Shown one piece after another: positions 47,091-52,742 of a stretch of DNA of 52,742 nt. The stretch is taken from the NCBI GenBank assembly GCA_031459625.1, contig JAVKIH010000017.1, positions 1-52,742 of the forward strand. Reading direction: 5' to 3'. The stretch's first letter is position 1; each line of letters opens with the position of its first letter. Made by a program: the position numbers and the translations under genes. This stretch comes from Candidatus Geohabitans tengchongensis (GTDB lineage: Bacteria > Sysuimicrobiota > Sysuimicrobiia > Sysuimicrobiales > Humicultoraceae). A model generated the notes under the pieces. The model did not search any database, was not told the origin of the DNA, and was given only the letters and a program-made list of their open reading frames with translations.

Positions 47091-49256
47091 ATGAGGGCCA
47101 AGAGCAGGGGCGTGGCGGTCCGCCTGGCCCCGTTCGTCCCGACGCTCCTCCTCCTCGGCGTGGTGTTCGCTTTCGAGCATCCGGGCCGCGCACCCGGGGA
47201 GGCCCTCAGCGCCGCAGCCCTCGCGCTGGCGCTGCCCCTGGCGGTGGTCCATGCCTCCAGGGCGCTGGCCGTCATCCTCTCCCCTCCCGTGCGCCGCTAC
47301 CCCCTCGAGGTCGCGCTCCCCGGCCCTCTGGCGCCTCTGCGACCCCTGGTGCCCCTGGTGCTCCTGGTGCTCCTGGTCCTCCTGGTCCTCGTGGGGTGGG
47401 CCCGACCGGGGTGGGTGGTCGTGGCGCTCCTGCCGTGTCTCCTCGTCCCTGCCGGGATACTGCTCGGCGATACGCTCGACGCGCTGGCCGTACGGGCGGG
47501 CAGGCGGGCGGCCGGCACGGGTGCGCCGGTGGCCGTCACCGTGGCTCTGGTGGCGGCCGGGTTCGCGCTGGCACTCGGCACCGCCGCGGCAGGACAGGCC
47601 CTGGCCCCCCGATCCCCTGCGTCCTTCGTGGCGGGCCTCGTGGCGCTCTCGTGGGGGGCCCTCACGGGCACCGCGGTGACCGCCGGGGTCCTCGTCGCGG
47701 CGCTGGCCGGGCGCAGCCGCAGGCAGGCGGCATCGCGCGCCGCCCGCGTGCTGGTCTTCACCGTCGTCACCGCCGCGCTCCTCGGCTACACGGCGGGCGC
47801 CCTGGGTCCGGGTCTGCTCTCCCCGTCGGGCACCCCGTACGTCCCCCTCCCGGTCCTGGTCCTGCTGGCGGGCGGCGCGGTGACCGTCGCCGCGGACGTC
47901 GACCGCTCGGAGGCCCTCCATCGGGTCGTCCCCCCGCAGGCGCTCTCCGACCTCCTCGTGAGTGCCACCGCGGGAGTCGTGAGCCTGGTCCTGCTGGGTG
48001 AGCGCCTCGGTGGCTTCCCGTGGACACCGCTCGTCGCCACGGTCGCCCTGGCCGCCCTGCTCGCCGGCGGAGCGGGGGCGGTGATCCTGCGAGGTCGGCG
48101 CAGGCCGGTCGACCTCTCTTACTCCCCGGGCCCGCCCACCGGCGTCCACCCGTCCGGTGCGCCCGCGCGGGCGGTGCTGGTAGCGAGCCTGGTCCTGCTC
48201 CTCCTGCTCCATGAGGTCCCGCGCCGTGAACTCGACCTGGCCAGCCGCGCCGGGACCGCCCTGGCCTGGGCAGTGTTCGTGCTGGCCGGGTGGCGCGCAA
48301 CGGGGGCATTCGAGCCGCTGGCCCGCCGGGTGCTGCGCAGCCGGAGGCGCGCGCGCCTCCTGCCATGGCTGGTGTGGGCAGCGGCTCTCTTCTACCCGGC
48401 CTACTTCCCGGTGCAGGACTACCTGCTCGGGGTCCTGCGTGCTGGCGGGCGTCCCTGGGAGGGCCTGGGCCCCTCCCTGGCCAGTTTGGCCTTCCTCGCG
48501 CTGGGCCCCGGTTTCTTCCTCGCGTACTTCGTCGTCATCGCCACGCTGCTCGCGGTCTTTGCCGCCGCGGGCATGCTGATGGCCTCGTTCCTCGGCGACC
48601 TCGTCGAGGCTGCCCTGCCGCCGCCTGAGCGGTGGCGGCGTCCCTGGCCTGGCAGCCCGTGGCTCGTCCTCGCACCTGCCGCTGCCCTGGTGGGCGTGAT
48701 GTTCGCCGTGCCCGGTGAGCTGCCGGAGAACCGCTACGGATGGGGCCTGGGCGTGGCGATCCTGGGGCTCGCCGTGGCGGTCCCGTTGCTGGCGGTGGGC
48801 ACCCTGCGCTCGCGGGAGGGCCCCCGGCACGGGCACCGGGCCAGGCGGGTGGTGCGCGACCTGCTCTGGGCGGCGCTACTGGGGTGGTTCGTCGGCTACA
48901 CCATGGGCGAGGCGCGGGAGATCGGCGCGGTCGGCGCCGTGCCCTTCGTGGCCCTGCTCATGGCGGGCCTGAAGTTTTTCGAGATCTTGTTGGAGGCGCC
49001 CGAGCGGATCACCCGGGCCGGACTGGCCGTCGCGGCGCTGCCCGACCTCCTGGTCGCCGTCGTCGCCGCGCTCCTCCTGCTGACCTTCATCCAGACCGTG
49101 GCCCTCGCGGCGGCCGTGGTCTCCATCAAGGAGGCGGAACGGATGGGCCTCATGGCCGGCGCGGTCCTGCTTCCCGTGGTGCGCGTATCCCTCGGGTCAA
49201 GAGCCGACCAGGATCGGTCTCGCGCCCGATCGCAGGCGGCGCGCGGAACGGAGTAG
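47091..49256 (+). CDS. Large polytopic membrane protein of unknown function (721 aa)
   Basis: ATG at 47091 after GGAGGAAGG; continuous hydrophobic helices, roughly 20 by eye; no recognisable motif. Confidence 0.7.
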   Translation: MRAKSRGVAVRLAPFVPTLLLLGVVFAFEHPGRAPGEALSAAALALALPLAVVHASRALAVILSPPVRRYPLEVALPGPLAPLRPLVPLVLLVLLVLLVLVGWARPGWVVVALLPCLLVPAGILLGDTLDALAVRAGRRAAGTGAPVAVTVALVAAGFALALGTAAAGQALAPRSPASFVAGLVALSWGALTGTAVTAGVLVAALAGRSRRQAASRAARVLVFTVVTAALLGYTAGALGPGLLSPSGTPYVPLPVLVLLAGGAVTVAADVDRSEALHRVVPPQALSDLLVSATAGVVSLVLLGERLGGFPWTPLVATVALAALLAGGAGAVILRGRRRPVDLSYSPGPPTGVHPSGAPARAVLVASLVLLLLLHEVPRRELDLASRAGTALAWAVFVLAGWRATGAFEPLARRVLRSRRRARLLPWLVWAAALFYPAYFPVQDYLLGVLRAGGRPWEGLGPSLASLAFLALGPGFFLAYFVVIATLLAVFAAAGMLMASFLGDLVEAALPPPERWRRPWPGSPWLVLAPAAALVGVMFAVPGELPENRYGWGLGVAILGLAVAVPLLAVGTLRSREGPRHGHRARRVVRDLLWAALLGWFVGYTMGEAREIGAVGAVPFVALLMAGLKFFEILLEAPERITRAGLAVAALPDLLVAVVAALLLLTFIQTVALAAAVVSIKEAERMGLMAGAVLLPVVRVSLGSRADQDRSRARSQAARGTE

Positions 49257-49290
49257 TTCTGATCTGGCGAGGAACGTCGATGCGGGGTGC

Positions 49291-51856
49291 ATGATGAAGC
49301 TCACCCGACGCACGTTTCTGCAGACCTCTGCCGCTGCCGGCGGGAGCCTCCTGGCCAGGAGGTTCCTGTTCGGCGAACTCGAGACCCTCAAGGCGGTCGA
49401 GGGGCCGGCCCCAGGAGCCCGTGAGGAGTGGGTCCCCACCACATGCTGGATCGGCAAGCAGGACTGCGGCATCTTAGCCCGGCGGGTCCAGGGGAAGGTG
49501 GTGACGCTCATCGGGCACCCCGCCCACCCCCGGAACCGCGGCACCCTGTGCCCCAAGGGTGTGGCCCAGATCATGGCGCTGTACGACCCCAACCGGGTGA
49601 AAGCGCCCTTGATCCGCACGAGCGAGAAGGGTGTCCCCGGCCGGTGGCGAGAGGCTACCTGGGAGGAAGCCCTGACCCTGGTGGGGCGGAAGATCCGGGA
49701 GGTGCGGGCCAAGGACCCGGAACTGCTGGTGTGGCAGAAGGGGCGCAGCAAGGCCAAGGCCTTCTACGACGAGGCGTTCGTCAAGGCCACCGGTGCGATC
49801 AAACTTCACCACGGAGCGTTCTGCTCGGACGCGGGGTACCGCGCGGGGGAGTACACCGTCGGGATCAGCGGCGTGCTACACCCGGACTTCCGGCACTGCC
49901 GCTACCTGCTGGCCTGGGGCTACAACCTCACCAACGCCGGCGGCAACCAGCTCTGCTGGATCACCTGGCCGCAGCAGCTCATCCAGGCCAAGGAGCGCGG
50001 GATGACGGTGGTGGCCATCGACCCGCGGCTGCGGGGGGCGGCCCACTTCGCGGACGCGTGGTTGCCGATCCGGCCGGGCACGGACCTGGCGCTGGCCCTG
50101 GCCCTGGGCCACGAGCTGATCGCCCAAGGGGCCATCGACGGGGAGTACCTGACGCGGTACACGAACGCTCCCTTCCTCGTGCAGGAGGACGGGTTCTTCC
50201 ACCGGCGGGACGGAAAGGAGCAGGTGTGGGATCTCCGGGCGGACGGCCCGGAGCCCTACGACGCCGGGGACGCTTCGCCAGCCCTCGAGGGCACCTTCGT
50301 GGTGGATGGGAGGCGCGTCCAGCCCGCCTTTCAGGTCCTGAAGGAGCACGTGGCCCGCTACACCCCCGAGTGGGCCGCGGAGGTGTGTGGGGTGCCCGCA
50401 GAGCAGATCCGCCGGGTGGCCCGGGAGCTGGCCGAACGCCCGGATCGGGAGCACCGTGGTGGTGGACGGAGTGCGGCTTCCGTACCGGCCCGTGGCCATC
50501 ATGGCGTACCACATGAGCCAGCAGGAGCTGGGCTTCCAGGCGGTCCGGGCCATGCTGCTGGTGATGATGCTGCTGGGCGCGGTGGGGGCGGTTGGGGGCC
50601 AGCGGCTGGACGTGGGCCCCTGGAAGGTGCAGGAGAACTTCGAAAAGCTGGAGCGGATCAAGATCAAGGACCCTCCGTACAACGTGTGGCTGAAGGACTC
50701 CAAATTCTTCCCCCTCAACAGCAACAACTCCGCCCTCGTGGCGAAGGTCATGCAGGCCCCCCAGAAGTACGGGGTCGGGCGGGTTCCCGAGATGATCATC
50801 GTGCACATGTCCAACCCCCTGGAGGCGTTTGCGTCCACTCCGGACCTGGAGGAGGCCTACAGGAGGTTCAAGTTCGTGGTGGTGATCGACCCCTGGCTGT
50901 CGCGGACGGCGGACCTGTTCGCGGACGTGGTCCTCCCCGCCAGTACCCTGGAGAAGTACGAGGGCCCACTTTCCGCCACAGACCAGTACGTGGACGCGGT
51001 GGCCCTGCGGGTGCCCGTGACGCAACCCCTGTTCCAGAGCCGGGGGGAGATCGAGATCTACCTCGATTTGTGCGAGAAGGCCGGGGTGCTGTACGGGAAG
51101 GGCGGCTACCTGGACCACCTGAACGAGGCCCTGAAGCTGAAGGAGCCCTACCGGCTCCCGCTGGACCGGAAGCCCGCGGTGCGGGAGATCTTCGACCGCT
51201 GGGCCAAGTCGGAGGGAATCGCCGAAGGGGTGAGCTACTTCGAGCAGCACGGGGTAAAGATCAAGGGTTCAGTGCCGGCCACCAAGTTCTACGGGTACGC
51301 CGTGGATCCGCCCTTCGGCGGGATCCGGCACCGGCTGTACGGGGAGGCGCTGCTCCGCTACCGGTTGGAGATGCGCCGGCGGGGGGTGCCGGAGACCTAC
51401 TGGCGGGACTACACCCCGCTGCCCACCTGGCACAAGCCCACCCTGGAGGGCTCGCCATCGGAGTACGACCTGTATCTGGTGAGCTTCAAGCTGATCGAGC
51501 ACAAACAATCGCGTTCCTCGCAGGTGCCGCTCCTGGCGGAGCTGGCCCGGCGGTCCTACCTGGAGATCAACCCGCGGACCGCGCGGACGAAGGGGATCCG
51601 GGACGGGGAGGAGGTGTGGGTGGAGTCCCACAACGCGGTCACCGGAGAAACCCGCCAGGTGCGGGCGGTGGCCCGCTACCGGGAAGGCATTCGGCCCGAC
51701 ACGGTGGCCATGCCGCACCACTTCGGTGGGGTGGCCCGCCACCCGTGGGCCGAGGGGCAGGGGCCCTCCCCCAACTCCCTCTTCTTCACGGGCGAGGGCT
51801 ACGTGGCCAACACCGCGGACCAGTCCTTCCACGTGAAGGTGCGGGTCTACAAGTAG
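49291..51856 (+). pseudogene. Tat-exported DMSO-reductase-family molybdoenzyme catalytic subunit (ArrA/PsrA-related), frameshifted at about 50434
   Basis: TRRTFL Tat motif, TTCWIGKQDC...LCPKG, YDPNRVKAPL, WEEAL, IDPR and IRPGTD in one frame; continues in the +1 frame with IDPWLSRTADLFADVVLP, LEINP and GIRPDTV to the stop at 51856. Confidence 0.85.
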
Positions 51857-51865
51857 GAGGTCGCG

Positions 51866-52054
51866 ATGCCGCGCTACGCCATGGTGATCGACCTGGACCG
51901 GTGCATGGGGTGCCGCGCCTGCATGGAGGCCTGCAAGGTGGAGAACAACACGCCCACCGCCGCGTTCTGGATGTACGTGTTCCGGTTTGAGGAGGGGGAG
52001 TATCCCAACACGCACATCTGGTTCATGCCTCGGCCCTGCATGCATTGGGTGTGA
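51866..52054 (+). pseudogene. Truncated 4Fe-4S dicluster subunit (NrfC/PsrB/ArrB-like)
   Basis: AGGAGG RBS; MPRYAMVIDLDRCMGCRACMEACK...PRPCMH breaks off inside the second CxxC at about 52047. Confidence 0.88.
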
Positions 52055-52279
52055 GCTTCGCCGGGATCACCGTGGCGGCGTTGATCCGGCTGCTGGGCCT
52101 GGAGGCGCTCCGGCCTGTCTCCCGCATGGCGGAGCTGCTCACCGTCGTTGCCCTGATCCTGGCGGCGTTCAGCGTCCTGCCGGATCTGGGCCAGCCCCTG
52201 CGGGGCATCGTGAACCTGTTCCGGTACGCGCGGCCGCAGTCCCCCTTCTTCGGCACGTTTACCCTGGTGATCTCCGGCT
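52048..52279 (+). pseudogene. Internal fragment of an NrfD/PsrC membrane anchor subunit
   Basis: GVSFAGITVAALIRL...RPVSRMAELLT...DLGQPLR...SPF; lacks its N-terminus and is cut by the IS. Confidence 0.8.
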
Positions 52280-52742
52280 CCACCGCACCCGGTTTCCATG
52301 GACACCCGATAATGGGGGGGAGGTCGACATGGGAGACGGAGGGACGGCGGTGGCTACGGCGCAACGCCCGCACGGGAATCGGTGGTCCGCTCGTAAGAAG
52401 GCTGACGCGGTCGTGCGCCTACTGCGCGGGGAAAGCCTGGAGGAGCTCAGCCGGGAGCTGCGCGTGGAAGCGCACCGGTTGCAGGCCTGGCGCGATGAGT
52501 TCGTTGCCGGCGGCATCGAAGGCTTGCAGGGCAAGCCCCTGGCTCTGGAAGATCGTCGGCTGAAGGAGGCGGAGCGCAAGATCGGCGAGCTGATGATGGA
52601 GAACGAGGTCCTCCGGGCAGTGGCCCGAAAAAGGGGGCTCCAAATCCCGCCCAGGAAGCCGTCGAGGTGAGTGGGGAGACCAGGGTGCCACTGGCTCGCG
52701 TCTGCGGCCTGCTCGCGGCGCCGGGCTCGACGGTCTACGCCC
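52279..52742 (+). mobile_element. IS3-family insertion sequence, left part
   Basis: TIR-like end ACCGCACCCGGTTTCCATGGACACC; HTH OrfA; OrfB begins at GTG 52667 overlapping the OrfA stop and runs off the window. Confidence 0.8.
52329..52670 (+). CDS. IS3-family transposase OrfA
   Basis: GGAGG RBS; RWSARKKADAVVRLLRGESLEELSRE HTH and coiled coil KIGELMMENEVLR. Confidence 0.82.
   Translation: MGDGGTAVATAQRPHGNRWSARKKADAVVRLLRGESLEELSRELRVEAHRLQAWRDEFVAGGIEGLQGKPLALEDRRLKEAERKIGELMMENEVLRAVARKRGLQIPPRKPSR

Noticed and set aside
45900..48836. 1372-aa ORF 44718..48836 as one giant protein
   Set aside because: Only the last 393 aa are NatB-like. The rest overlaps the M50 gene out of frame and the plus-strand membrane gene, a high-GC stop-poor artefact.
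50425..50445. Programmed frameshift in the molybdoenzyme
   Set aside because: No slippery run is present, and the neighbouring genes are also broken.
52052..52054. TGA in the Fe-S subunit as selenocysteine
   Set aside because: The TGA does not align with a Cys position, and the downstream sequence is NrfD-like in another frame, so it is explained by the deletion junction.
52628..52637. AAAAAGGGGG as the IS3 -1 frameshift site
   Set aside because: It has only five A residues, not a canonical A6G heptamer, and OrfB has a GTGA overlap start. Left unasserted.

Overview
Very GC-rich bacterial chromosome segment with mostly Firmicutes-like core synteny. The lineage cannot be fixed from sequence alone; an Armatimonadota/CSP1-3-like Terrabacteria organism is only a guess. 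1-18.8 kb is a housekeeping block, nearly all minus strand: fhaA-like, rsmB, Zn-peptidase, fmt, def, priA, stand-alone coaC, archaeal-type cmk, remA, yicC, divergent rqcH, pyrR, rluA, lgt-like, lspA, dksA-like, Asp racemase, and ileS2 with an Ile T-box. 18.8-27.8 kb is an accessory island: a decayed DDE transposase, two large GT-C-like membrane proteins (one fused to a SAM methyltransferase), a GT4 and a secreted repeat protein. 27.8-47 kb holds a SPOR protein, nifZ-thiI, convergent GT4/GT2 genes, a phnDCE-pgeF-yggS-sepF-mtnA run, class II RNR with nrdR and tandem NrdR boxes, a NatB-like permease and an M50 protease. 47-52.7 kb holds a large unassigned polytopic membrane protein and a decaying Tat-exported molybdoenzyme operon (frameshift, internal deletion, IS3 insertion). 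Best candidates for something undescribed: the GT-C/methyltransferase glycosylation island, the atypical ArrA/PsrA-related molybdoenzyme, archaeal-type cmk in the gmk-rpoZ slot, and the pgeF-mtnA linkage. No rRNA, tRNA or CRISPR array was seen. All family calls come from motif recognition by eye, not database searches.
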